From the IMG/VR virus record IMGVR_UViG_3300005254_000015, positions 1 through 25,965 of that record: a stretch of 25,965 nucleotides of DNA; one strand, written 5' to 3'. Origin of the DNA: a virus (lineage: Duplodnaviria; Caudoviricetes). Shown here piece by piece: positions 1-9,421 of this stretch. The position numbers were made by a program, and so were the translations under genes. The number at the start of each line of letters is the position of its first letter. Position 1 is the stretch's first letter. The notes beneath the pieces were generated by a model. The model worked only from the letters and a program-made list of their open reading frames with translations, was not told where the DNA came from and searched no databases.

Positions 1-43
1 GGTATATATCATACAATTTACATTTAATCAATGAATTTAAAAT

Positions 44-391
44 TTATCCCCTGACAACTATATAAGGAATATCCGGATATAAAGCTTCAAAAAGCTTCTT
101 TTTAACAGGCCATAGCTTATCCGCATAACCTTTATACTCTCTTACTTCTTTTTTCCCATCCGGATAAGTTATAAAAAAATCAGGTATATGAGTTGTGATT
201 TGAATATTATTGACTTTTAAAATGAACTTTTTTTGTATTTCATATTCTTTTATAATCCCCAGCTTTTCTTCCAGTGCAAGCTGGTCACAGTAGGATGCCT
301 CTCCCCTGGAATGATGAATATGACCTTTACTGCATTTACATGAAGTATTTTTATATTTATTCTTATGATATATATACTTTATCTTTGCCAT
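44..391 (-). CDS. DUF1064-like PD-(D/E)XK nuclease-fold phage protein
   Basis: Motifs SRGEA..Y..L, EIQKKF.L, IPDF.I.Y.DG...V.EYKG match the DUF1064 pattern (S..EA, ADF, EDVKG). Confidence 0.75.
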   Translation of the reverse strand: MAKIKYIYHKNKYKNTSCKCSKGHIHHSRGEASYCDQLALEEKLGIIKEYEIQKKFILKVNNIQITTHIPDFFITYPDGKKEVREYKGYADKLWPVKKKLFEALYPDIPYIVVRG

Positions 392-404
392 TACATTTAC
401 TATC

Positions 405-806
405 CTAAGACTCTGCTACCCTATTTATAATTATATAAACAATCGCACCGGTTAATATAACAGCAAAAGATATACTTATTACTGGTGTTGTAATGGAAAA
501 TATCTTATTTTTCATTTTCAACTTGTTATAATCTTTTAATTGAATCTTATAAATATTATTTAAATTTTCATATGAAGTAACCTTGCTGTTTAATAATAAG
601 ATTTGTGCTTCAAGATTGGTAATCTTTTTTTTCAATATTTCCTGCTCTTTTTCTGCCTTTATAAGTTCAATTACCCTGTCCTCGCTAATCCAATATCCTT
701 TTATATTATTATGCTCCATATAAAATGCATTTTTATTTTCATTCCCCTTTATTAAGAATCCTGAGAATATCACTAACTGAATAATTATCAATTTTTTTAA
801 CTTCAC
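405..806 (-). CDS. Membrane coiled-coil protein (N-terminal hydrophobic segment, C-terminal TM helix); candidate spanin-like lysis protein
   Basis: Start moved from 824 to GTG at 806 (AAGGAG 7 nt upstream). Basic then hydrophobic N-terminus, heptad coiled coil, C-terminal TM segment. Overlaps the 3' end of 739..1038. Confidence 0.5.
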   Translation of the reverse strand: MKLKKLIIIQLVIFSGFLIKGNENKNAFYMEHNNIKGYWISEDRVIELIKAEKEQEILKKKITNLEAQILLLNSKVTSYENLNNIYKIQLKDYNKLKMKNKIFSITTPVISISFAVILTGAIVYIIINRVAES

Positions 807-1038
807 TATCAAGCTCCTTATCAATCTTTTCTTTTTCTTTAATTTTAGTCTCCAAATCTCTATTTATTTCTTCAATATTAACCTTCTCTTTATTTACTTC
901 ATTCATATAATCTTTTTTACTTATGGATAAACTTATGCAAGAGCGAATACTTATTATATTTATAAACAATAATATTGAAATGATAATAATAAGGACTCCT
1001 ACCTTATACTTCCATATAAACTTAAAAAACTTAACCAT
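739..1038 (-). CDS. Candidate inner-membrane spanin-like protein (N-terminal TM + coiled coil)
   Basis: Hydrophobic run VGVLIIIISILLFINII, then RSC and a charged coiled coil; directly follows the holin candidate. Confidence 0.5.
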   Translation of the reverse strand: MVKFFKFIWKYKVGVLIIIISILLFINIISIRSCISLSISKKDYMNEVNKEKVNIEEINRDLETKIKEKEKIDKELDSEVKKIDNYSVSDILRILNKGE

Positions 1039-1270
1039 CTTTATTTATCCTTTCTTTTTTCCTTAAAAACTTCTCTCCGATATTTATACCGGCATATCCG
1101 GCCAACAACACATAGATCTGCCAGTCTGTAATTTTTAAAAAAAACAATATTACTCCAATTATTAAGCTTTGAAACTTCCTGCCTGTAAAATTCCATATTA
1201 CCTTATAAAAACAAAGCTTCCAGAATCCGCATGATTCAAGCTCTTTCTGCAATGCATTCTGAAACATCAC
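1031..1270 (-). CDS. Putative holin
   Basis: 79 aa; GRKF motif before two short hydrophobic segments; highly basic C-terminus; adjacent to the peptidase. Confidence 0.6.
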   Translation of the reverse strand: MMFQNALQKELESCGFWKLCFYKVIWNFTGRKFQSLIIGVILFFLKITDWQIYVLLAGYAGINIGEKFLRKKERINKDG

Positions 1271-1754
1271 CGATAACCTCTATCTTATGTAAATATTGAA
1301 TCTCTTCTTTCCTGTAATATCTGATCTCTCCATACTCAACATCAAAACAGCAGAAAAAAACCCCTCTTTTTGCAATTACATTTATATAATGAGGCTTTTT
1401 TGTTTTTCTATGTGTTACACAGGCAATATAATAATTATTTGCACCTGCCTCAAATAAAGAAGGATCTATTTTTCTTGTTATCTGTAATGAAGTAAAATGA
1501 GCCTTTATTTTCTTCCAGATAATATTACTTGCCTTGTTTTTTTTGACATTCGGATTATCAAGATATGCATATGCTTTTAATTCTATTATAAGACAGTTCA
1601 TATCCTTAGGTGTAAAAGGACTCTCCAATACAGCTTGAATAATATTTGCAAGGCTTGTAATTAAACAGCCCCATCTCCATAAAAAATCTCCCGGTAATCC
1701 CATGGATTCATTCCTCCACCTGGGATCCGTTTGTATGTTGTAACCAATCCTCAT
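1236..1754 (-). CDS. Papain-like (C39-like) cysteine peptidase, putative endolysin
   Basis: Q-T-D-P-R-W ... WGCLITSLAN ... HYINV ... FD gives the Q/C/H/D arrangement of C39-like peptidases; sits between small membrane genes. Confidence 0.7.
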   Translation of the reverse strand: MRIGYNIQTDPRWRNESMGLPGDFLWRWGCLITSLANIIQAVLESPFTPKDMNCLIIELKAYAYLDNPNVKKNKASNIIWKKIKAHFTSLQITRKIDPSLFEAGANNYYIACVTHRKTKKPHYINVIAKRGVFFCCFDVEYGEIRYYRKEEIQYLHKIEVIGDVSECIAERA

Positions 1755-1777
1755 TTTTTACTCCTTTTTTATTTTTA

Positions 1778-1990
1778 TTATTTAAATATATATTTCCATA
1801 CCTCTCTTATCACAAGCCCGACTAATGCTGCTGATGATACTGTAAATAATCCCCATATAATCTTTGCCTGTAATTCAACCTTTATAAGCCTCTCTTTTGT
1901 GTTCCCAACAAGATCAAAAATCTTTGCAATATCATCCTTAATATCATCAAGACTTTCCTTTATAATCTCATAGTATTTTTCATCATCCAT
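1778..1990 (-). CDS. Small coiled-coil protein with C-terminal TM helix (XhlA/holin-like)
   Basis: Coiled-coil N-terminus, ERLIKVE motif, single TM (IIWGLFTVSSAALVGLVI); SD AGGAG upstream; first gene after the tail fibre. Confidence 0.55.
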   Translation of the reverse strand: MDDEKYYEIIKESLDDIKDDIAKIFDLVGNTKERLIKVELQAKIIWGLFTVSSAALVGLVIREVWKYIFK

Positions 1991-2011
1991 AAAAATATGC
2001 TCCTAAAAAAC

Positions 2012-5000
2012 CTAATTAAAAGATAAAATATCCAAATAAATATTTTCTCCATTACAAAATCCCTTTATTAAGACTTCCCCATTAGAAGAAAAAGTATACA
2101 CATAATCGATCAATAATCCGGTCGACCCTTTAATATAAATAGGTGTATCAATATAGAGTTTATCCCCTGATAACCCGGTTATGAAAAGATTAAAACTACA
2201 TAAATTAAGATTCTGTATTTCTATATGCCTGTCTGACGGTGTTAAATCTAGAATAAAATTTTTGTATTTATCTATGAATAATATTGCTCTTGTACCTGAT
2301 GATAAGCTTTGTGTATTTAAATCACAAACTATATCATTAGAACTGTAATTTAATTCTTCAATAAAAATACTCTTACCGTCACATACTATTCTTAACTCAA
2401 TAAAACCGTCTTTATTAAAAATAGCTTCATAACTATAATTTATACTGTTACTTATATTAACCGGATTTATTATCCCTAATTTCCTGTCAATTTTTCCCTT
2501 TATAATTATATTAAAATCACATACTGAAAGATTATCAAAATAAATTAGTTTATTTTGATCAGATACATCTATTTTATAATACTTACATTCGCCTGTATTT
2601 ATTATCTTTATATTCCCAATCTGGCTATCAAGACTAATATTCTTTTTTTCATTCTTTATTAAATAAACTCTTTCTTCTGTTATACTCTTAGCTAAAATAC
2701 CGTTATTATTTTCATCCTTTATAAGCTTACCAAACGGATCAACGGAATAATAATCCCCTATTACTAAATCATCTTCTAAAAGACTCTGATTATTGCCTAA
2801 CTGTACTAAATAATTATTCCCTTTTGTAAACTCCCGTATTTCTCCCAGGAATGAATTATAATATATACCCTTATAATTATCTGAATAAATATAGAATACT
2901 CCATGAGGGACGGGACCTGTAATACCTTTATCAAATTTTCCCTTTAAAATTGAATATAAAAAGTTACCCCCAAGACAATTTCCAAAATAATCATAAACCT
3001 TATACTCTATTTCATTACTGACTCCATCCTTATATGATATTGCAAAACAATCATTTTCTAATCTTATACATTGTAAAACTTGATTTATATAATTATTCAA
3101 AAATATAGTCTCATCTTTTAGAATGTTAAAATCATAATCATATATTTTAAATCTTCCTGTCCCTGTAACTGCAAAACTTTCAGGGGAAGGGTAATCAGCA
3201 TTCTTAAAATATACTGCTACAATCCTATTATTCTCCAATACAGTAAAATCAATTAGCCCTATATTTGCATTAAAAACAGTTACCTCTGCTTGCAATACTC
3301 CATTATAATTATATTTTTTTAAATAAAAACTCCCGGAATAACTCTCTCCCATGATAAACCCATCTGTGCAGGGTTTTAATATTTTATTCCAGGAAGTAGT
3401 TACTCCATTAAAAACCTCAAATTTACTTACTGCAACATTACCAGTCTCATCATACCCTACAATATAGCCTTTATTATCTGTCCATAACTGGTATGCAACT
3501 ATAAAGGTATTGTTATTAAGTATACATAATTTAATATCCTTAATATCAGTCTCATTAAACAATGTATTATTTATAAGTACATTCCCTGCTTCATCATAAA
3601 TCTTAAAATAATCACTTCCTATACCGGTCTCATTTCTACCCACTACAACAACATATTTATTATTTAATCTTCCTACTCTAAGATCAAAATCATAATAAAC
3701 ATCATTATCTATTACGGTATCATTAACAACAATGTTTCCATATTGATCGATTATTCTAAACTTTAAAATATTATGATAAATATCCGTATCATCTTTAAAA
3801 AAAAGAAAAATATTATCATTGGAAAGTAAAAAATGATGTTCTATATAACAGGATGGAGGCAAGTCATGTTCCAACAACCCGGCTTTTGAAATAAAGTAAT
3901 TACTTCTTCCATACGGATTTAATATTTGAATTACAAGATTATTATTATTCCTTTTAATTAAAGAGACTCCATAATCTACATTAAAATAGGAAGTATTGTT
4001 TAAAAACATCATATAATTGGATTCAAAAATTTCTCCGGAAGAATCCAGTAAAAAATATTTAGAAACATCTTTTGATATGTTATATGAAAGATAATAATTT
4101 AAATAAGTTCTTATTAAAACAAGAGTAGAAACATATTTCTCATTTAATTCAATTCTTTCTTTTAAAATAACTCCATTATGATCATAAATTAAATAAAAAA
4201 CCGTATTATCTATCTCATTAACAGCCAGTATAAAAATATTATTATTAAATGATGCAACTTTTACTTCTTTTAATGAATTAGAATCAATCTGGGTTGGCGG
4301 TAAATAATTTAAGCCGTCATGTGTATACACAGTAAAATTATTGTTATAAGCTATAATAAAACCCTGTATAACACCACCTTCATATATAAAACTTACATCA
4401 TGAAGGACAGAACTACCTGCCTCAATCTGAGTCTTTGTACCTGTAACAAGATTGGCATTTTCATCATAAATACAAAACCACAAACTGTTTACACCGATAT
4501 TATTTAAAGTATATACAATAGCTGTATTGTTATTACCCAGGTGTGTACATTTTATGTTTGTAACCTCATTATTACTCTCAAAAGCCCTTTCTGATGCCTC
4601 AATTACATACCCGTTACAAGATAATATTACAATCTTACCGTAAGAAGTATCATCTTCATCTATAAAGCAGATTACAACTTTACCGTTTGACAATTTGGTA
4701 CATACAATATTCTTAGTTTGCCCGTCATTAAAAATCCCTTTAAAAATATGGTTATTATATATATCTTTTACTATATATTTACCCCTGTTATTATCATTAC
4801 TGTCCCTATAACAGATTAAAATGTTATTGTTATCCAATTCAATACCTGAGTATGAATCATTAAAATCACAGGCTATTAAATTATTATTTTCATCCCTTAA
4901 ATACTCATTAAGAATAGAAAATTCTCCATAATTACAAATTTTATCATCTCTAAGCATTGCAAATCTTCCAATACTAACAGGATAATTTTGTTTTTCTTGA

Positions 5001-5134
5001 AAACTCTTTACAACAAGTTTATTATCTAAATATTCAAAGTTTTCATTGATTCTTTCAAACTCATCATTGAATAACAACCCGTCGGCAGGAGTAGTTCTAT
5101 CCCACAAATGTATGTTAGATGGGTTATATGCCAC
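2012..5134 (-). CDS. Large tail fibre / receptor-binding protein with beta-propeller-like repeats
   Basis: Start moved from 5194 to GTG at 5134 (GGAGG 6 nt upstream). Follows baseplate J/I. Short N-terminal attachment segment, recurring ~50-aa units (L.N...(V/I)..Y....G...IYD..G), duplicated C-terminal domain. Confidence 0.75.
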   Translation of the reverse strand: MAYNPSNIHLWDRTTPADGLLFNDEFERINENFEYLDNKLVVKSFQEKQNYPVSIGRFAMLRDDKICNYGEFSILNEYLRDENNNLIACDFNDSYSGIELDNNNILICYRDSNDNNRGKYIVKDIYNNHIFKGIFNDGQTKNIVCTKLSNGKVVICFIDEDDTSYGKIVILSCNGYVIEASERAFESNNEVTNIKCTHLGNNNTAIVYTLNNIGVNSLWFCIYDENANLVTGTKTQIEAGSSVLHDVSFIYEGGVIQGFIIAYNNNFTVYTHDGLNYLPPTQIDSNSLKEVKVASFNNNIFILAVNEIDNTVFYLIYDHNGVILKERIELNEKYVSTLVLIRTYLNYYLSYNISKDVSKYFLLDSSGEIFESNYMMFLNNTSYFNVDYGVSLIKRNNNNLVIQILNPYGRSNYFISKAGLLEHDLPPSCYIEHHFLLSNDNIFLFFKDDTDIYHNILKFRIIDQYGNIVVNDTVIDNDVYYDFDLRVGRLNNKYVVVVGRNETGIGSDYFKIYDEAGNVLINNTLFNETDIKDIKLCILNNNTFIVAYQLWTDNKGYIVGYDETGNVAVSKFEVFNGVTTSWNKILKPCTDGFIMGESYSGSFYLKKYNYNGVLQAEVTVFNANIGLIDFTVLENNRIVAVYFKNADYPSPESFAVTGTGRFKIYDYDFNILKDETIFLNNYINQVLQCIRLENDCFAISYKDGVSNEIEYKVYDYFGNCLGGNFLYSILKGKFDKGITGPVPHGVFYIYSDNYKGIYYNSFLGEIREFTKGNNYLVQLGNNQSLLEDDLVIGDYYSVDPFGKLIKDENNNGILAKSITEERVYLIKNEKKNISLDSQIGNIKIINTGECKYYKIDVSDQNKLIYFDNLSVCDFNIIIKGKIDRKLGIINPVNISNSINYSYEAIFNKDGFIELRIVCDGKSIFIEELNYSSNDIVCDLNTQSLSSGTRAILFIDKYKNFILDLTPSDRHIEIQNLNLCSFNLFITGLSGDKLYIDTPIYIKGSTGLLIDYVYTFSSNGEVLIKGFCNGENIYLDILSFN

Positions 5135-5936
5135 TAAATACCTCCATAAACCTAAAAATAAGAGTTGTAAACCTATCCTTTTCTTTAATATCAAATGAAA
5201 TATCCATTACAATTCTATTGTCAAAACATAACACTGCCTTATTAATTAACTTTTCAATACATTCATATTTCTCTAATACTGCCTCATGAATCCTGGTATT
5301 CCCCTCATAATATATCCGGGTATTTTTCCTGAAAATCTCCATTTCGTTATAATAGAAAATAACCTCATCACTGTTATATTCAACTTCTACCGGGTTTAAT
5401 ATCTTCCTGCCGTCAAGAATCCATGCAGAATCTAATAAAAGACTCATGGATACAGGAATACTGCAAATTGCCTCATTAATTATAAAAATGTATTCTATGA
5501 TGCACCCTACCCCGCCGGCTCTTACACTATTAAAAATAAAACTTAAAACAGTATCAGGACTAAGATTTAAGATACTATCCTGTTTTCTTATCCTGATTTT
5601 TGCAGGATATACCTCTTCAATATTTAAATCTGTATAATCTAAAATAAATGCAATGCTATTTAGGGTATATATGTCTCCTTTTGAAATAAGTTTAATTACA
5701 GCTATCTTTAAAAATTTTCTGTATATGCTATCCTGTTTTCCTTTTCTTGCCTCTCCCAACAGCACTCCAAGTCTGTCAAGATTCATTCCCTCATTTTTTT
5801 CGATATCCAGTAATAAATATATTGATTCAAATGTATTGGAAATCTTTTCATACTGCCTTTCAAAAAGCTTCCATAATTTAGCCTGGGTAGTGTCAGATTC
5901 ATCACTCAAAACAGATACAGGAAACTTATCAATCAT
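5124..5936 (-). CDS. Baseplate wedge protein (gpI-like)
   Basis: DIEKNEG.NLDRLG.LLG..R....D..YR..LK motif and RAGGV; immediately downstream of baseplate J. Confidence 0.75.
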   Translation of the reverse strand: MIDKFPVSVLSDESDTTQAKLWKLFERQYEKISNTFESIYLLLDIEKNEGMNLDRLGVLLGEARKGKQDSIYRKFLKIAVIKLISKGDIYTLNSIAFILDYTDLNIEEVYPAKIRIRKQDSILNLSPDTVLSFIFNSVRAGGVGCIIEYIFIINEAICSIPVSMSLLLDSAWILDGRKILNPVEVEYNSDEVIFYYNEMEIFRKNTRIYYEGNTRIHEAVLEKYECIEKLINKAVLCFDNRIVMDISFDIKEKDRFTTLIFRFMEVFSGI

Positions 5937-7108
5937 AAAACATTCACCGTTATTAACTCTTGTGATGTTCTTGCATATTCAGTAGGCTCGATCTCTACCT
6001 TTATGCCTGTCGGCATTTCTGTTTTCCCGACAAAAACCTCTATATTTTCAATCCCTTCAAACTCATCCATATTAGCCAATATCTTCCACCTGTATACATC
6101 CTTTGAAACGCCTTCACCCTTATATGTTTGATCCTTAAAACTGCCCCCTATAACTTCAATTACTCTTTTTTTTACTTCATCTATGTATGATGAGTCCCAT
6201 TTTTCATTGGTTATAATATTTATTAAAACATATATATTTACATAATCCGGATTATCCCAGTAAAAAGTCCGTTCTACTCCCATTATATCTATGATGGAAG
6301 CATGTTTTTCTCCTATAGTCTTTATCCCACCTGATTTATACTTCATAAAAACATCAACAATCTCGCTATCCGTACCTCCATTTATAACGGCATGAAGGCA
6401 ATGAGGAGGCATTCCATCAACTTCAAAATCTTCACAATTCTCATTAACAACAGCACTTATAACACTGTCTATCTCATTTAATACTGCCTGGATGGAAACA
6501 GCACTTGCTCCCCCTACCCCGCTACCCTCTTTATATCTTTTTCTTAATTCATAATCACTCTCAACTTCTCTTCCCCCGTATCCTTCAACAGGATTATTAA
6601 CCTCTTCTACCCCTGCTAAGGGAGTATTGATTTCTGTTATAGAGTTTTCACAAACATTCCCTATTACTCCATAGGGTAGACACACAGCATTTAACTCGAC
6701 TTTTCCATCTGTTATAATCCCGCCTTCTGTTGTAATAAACTTAATACCCTGTTTAGTGCTTGCTATAAATCCATCAGGTACATATACTCCTATAACTCCT
6801 TTTATCTGTAATGTTACAACACTCTGTCTTTCAGGATTCCTTGCTAATCCCTTAAAAGCTGCAATCCGGCTTAAACTTACACCCTCAGCAGTATCTATAT
6901 AATTTGAGTAATATACATCCTCCATTACCTCCCAAAGGTTAGCCAATTTTTTTGCCATAAGTTTAATAAAAATACCTATCGGGGAGTATTCAGACAGATC
7001 AACATCCTCTCCAAAGAACTCAGGTAATTTTGCATCCTCTTCAATATCTTTTTGAATTAAATCAAAATCCAATCTGATAAACCCGGAAGGTGTAACTCCA
7101 TAACTCAT
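5933..7108 (-). CDS. Baseplate J/gp47 family protein
   Basis: YG(V)T..GF start, DTAEGVSL, G..GNV....ITEI.TP..GV..V.NP....GG...ESD.ELR.R, GMPPH motifs. Confidence 0.92.
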   Translation of the reverse strand: MSYGVTPSGFIRLDFDLIQKDIEEDAKLPEFFGEDVDLSEYSPIGIFIKLMAKKLANLWEVMEDVYYSNYIDTAEGVSLSRIAAFKGLARNPERQSVVTLQIKGVIGVYVPDGFIASTKQGIKFITTEGGIITDGKVELNAVCLPYGVIGNVCENSITEINTPLAGVEEVNNPVEGYGGREVESDYELRKRYKEGSGVGGASAVSIQAVLNEIDSVISAVVNENCEDFEVDGMPPHCLHAVINGGTDSEIVDVFMKYKSGGIKTIGEKHASIIDIMGVERTFYWDNPDYVNIYVLINIITNEKWDSSYIDEVKKRVIEVIGGSFKDQTYKGEGVSKDVYRWKILANMDEFEGIENIEVFVGKTEMPTGIKVEIEPTEYARTSQELITVNVL

Positions 7109-7449
7109 AGGCTGTCCTTAATTAATCCAAAAACACTCTCACATTCAAAATAAATATTTATCTCTCTTTTCTTTCTATCAAGATTAAGACTAATATTTAT
7201 AACCTTTAAAACCTTTTTTTCTTTTAATATTTCCCTTCTAACTAGCCTCTTTAATTTATTTAAATCAATATCCTTAACTCCCAGTATATTAAGCCAGTCT
7301 ATACCGGCATCTTTATTTAAAAACCATTCTCCCTTAAACATTTTTAATCTATTTTTTAAATTCTGTCTTAAAGCTTCATAATCATTTAAAAGGATAAAAT
7401 TACCGTTTTCATATTTTAATTGTCCATTTTCTACTAAAAGACTCTTCAT
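7105..7449 (-). CDS. Baseplate wedge / sheath initiator (gp25/DUF2634-like)
   Basis: Q.LKNRLK.FKGEWFLN.D.GIDW motif; upstream of baseplate J. Confidence 0.85.
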   Translation of the reverse strand: MKSLLVENGQLKYENGNFILLNDYEALRQNLKNRLKMFKGEWFLNKDAGIDWLNILGVKDIDLNKLKRLVRREILKEKKVLKVINISLNLDRKKREINIYFECESVFGLIKDSL

Positions 7450-7805
7450 TCTATTTTTGCCTTACTCTGTCCAGCATCTATAATCTTATGTTTGCATGAA
7501 CATGATATTGTACTGCCCTGGTAGGTTAAAGTACCGTTACAAACTCCTTCATCATCCTTTCTTAATACCTTTAAACCTTCTATTTTATTCTTTGAGCTAC
7601 TATTTATACCCCCTCCACCGCTTCCTATATAATTACCCATAGAACATCCTGATACAGTGAATGATATAGTTTCTAATAATACTTTTTTCCCGCCAACCTT
7701 CGCATTATTAGCCTCAATCTCAATGTAATTACAATTACCGCTTTTAAAGCTCCCGTTAGGTATTACAGATATATTCCTATCCGTATTACAAATATAACTA
7801 CTCAA
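7446..7805 (-). CDS. Putative spike tip protein (PAAR-like fold)
   Basis: Gly/Cys-rich 119 aa with repeats KVGGKKVL and KIEGLKVLRKDD.G.C; directly downstream of the spike gene. Confidence 0.55.
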   Translation of the reverse strand: MSSYICNTDRNISVIPNGSFKSGNCNYIEIEANNAKVGGKKVLLETISFTVSGCSMGNYIGSGGGGINSSSKNKIEGLKVLRKDDEGVCNGTLTYQGSTISCSCKHKIIDAGQSKAKIE

Positions 7806-8350
7806 TTTATTTCCAATCCCGTATCATTTACTTTAAAATTCCCCTTAAACTCAATATTATCAGCATCAATACTAAACTTTGAACACTTTATGTCTATATT
7901 GCTGTCTGTTAAATTTATATACATGGTCCCATCTTTATGTCCTATTAAAAGCCCGTCATTGTCAAAATTATCCGGATTCTGCCAATCAGTCTTAGCTATA
8001 CCGCCTAAAACACAGGCATTTTCAAGATTATTCATCTTTTTACTTAAAGACTTTTCATCCTCACATAATGCATCTTCTATATCATAGGTAGCAAATCCAA
8101 CCCACACCAAATCATCCTTTTTATAATCCGGTCTTATATAATAATCCCCGCATTTAATAAACATTACAGGGATATCAGGTATTACAGGTAAATCCACTTC
8201 CTCATCAATCTCATTAGTCTCTTTATATAAAGGCTTAACATCTGCTTTCATCTTTTTTTTATCAAACTTATCTATCTTGCATATCATTCCCTGCTGAATC
8301 TCACTTATTTTCCTATCAACAAACTCCTCTAAAAAACCGACAAAGCTCAT
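7802..8350 (-). CDS. Baseplate central spike (Gp138/gpV-like)
   Basis: KI..FD.....ADVKP....LP.I.DIPV....G......P....D.V.V.F...DI OB-fold motif followed by short beta repeats. Confidence 0.85.
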   Translation of the reverse strand: MSFVGFLEEFVDRKISEIQQGMICKIDKFDKKKMKADVKPLYKETNEIDEEVDLPVIPDIPVMFIKCGDYYIRPDYKKDDLVWVGFATYDIEDALCEDEKSLSKKMNNLENACVLGGIAKTDWQNPDNFDNDGLLIGHKDGTMYINLTDSNIDIKCSKFSIDADNIEFKGNFKVNDTGLEIN

Positions 8351-9129
8351 CTATATACCTCAGCCACACAATATGAGTCTTTGAATGAAGAAAACATTTT
8401 CTTGACATTCTTTACTCTAAATATAGATTTAATGTTTTTAGTTTGTAACTTAATGCTTCTACCCGGAGTTAGTTCATACAAAAAAAGTGTTTTTATCCTG
8501 TATCCTCCCTTGATATATTCAGGAATATCGATTAATCCTGAATCAAATCCTAAAATTATTGCATTATTTTCTATAAACCCGGCCGGTTTCATGTTTAAAT
8601 ATCCGTTTGTACAGTAATAATTACTACCGGTTTCCTTTGCAATTCTTCTTACTGCATAATGAAATCTTCTTGCAACAAACCTTTTATAAAACTTATCATT
8701 GCCTAAACTTATATAACCTGATCTATCACCTGCCATATCCTTTATTATTTCACTTGCCTTCATATCCTGATATGTTTTATTTATTATCTTTGTAGCCCAG
8801 ATTAAAGCTGTCTTATCTGCAACCTGGATCTCCAAAATTCTATCTACCTTTGTTTTTTTCAATTTATAATCTATGATCTCGCCCTTAAAAACCTTACCCA
8901 TATTATCCTTATATCCTGCCTCAACCTCTATTAAAGGATATTCCGTAATCTGCCCCTTTTTTTCTCCCTTACAGCTTGATAAGGTATCATCATTCGGGTT
9001 ATAAAGCCTGATTGTTGTTGATCTTAATACATCAAGGTCCTCTTCTGTTTCAAACTCAATACTAAAAGGCGGATATGAAAATGTTTTACTGCCTATTATT
9101 ACCTTTGCCCTTTTATCAAATAACTGCAT
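8347..9129 (-). CDS. Baseplate hub protein
   Basis: I.LYN, VEAGY......F.G.I and SGLI..P motifs; sits before the spike. Confidence 0.8.
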   Translation of the reverse strand: MQLFDKRAKVIIGSKTFSYPPFSIEFETEEDLDVLRSTTIRLYNPNDDTLSSCKGEKKGQITEYPLIEVEAGYKDNMGKVFKGEIIDYKLKKTKVDRILEIQVADKTALIWATKIINKTYQDMKASEIIKDMAGDRSGYISLGNDKFYKRFVARRFHYAVRRIAKETGSNYYCTNGYLNMKPAGFIENNAIILGFDSGLIDIPEYIKGGYRIKTLFLYELTPGRSIKLQTKNIKSIFRVKNVKKMFSSFKDSYCVAEVYR

Positions 9130-9421
9130 ACAATTTTACCTTTTTGCCAAAATTATCTTTTTCAATTCTGTTAAATAACCCTATTGCATCATACGGAATA
9201 ATCCTTCTATTTATGCATATATCTTTTACTGCATGTAAGCAGTCATTGCCATATAAAAGTTTTGCAGAATAAATAACTTCATCATCTTTTAATATTTTCA
9301 ATGTATAAAAATCCATAGATTCATTGTATTCTATTAAGTATGTATAAGCCTTCCCATCTATTGTAACAACCATCTTTACCGGTACATCTTCATATGTAAA
9401 AGGAAAATATTCATATATCAT
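9116..9421 (-). CDS. Small baseplate (plug-like) protein
   Basis: V.IDGK.Y...IEYN...DFY pattern; position between tube initiator and hub. Confidence 0.65.
   Translation of the reverse strand: MIYEYFPFTYEDVPVKMVVTIDGKAYTYLIEYNESMDFYTLKILKDDEVIYSAKLLYGNDCLHAVKDICINRRIIPYDAIGLFNRIEKDNFGKKVKLYAVI

Noticed and set aside
2012-2620. Diversity-generating retroelement or invertible tail-fibre cassette
   Set aside because: The C-terminal duplication is visible only at protein level; no near-identical TR/VR pair, reverse transcriptase or invertase is in the window.
5135-5194. Signal-peptide-like N-terminus (MILKKRIGLQLLFLGLWRYL) on the tail protein
   Set aside because: Artefact of longest-ORF calling inside the upstream gene; GGAGG points to GTG at 5134.
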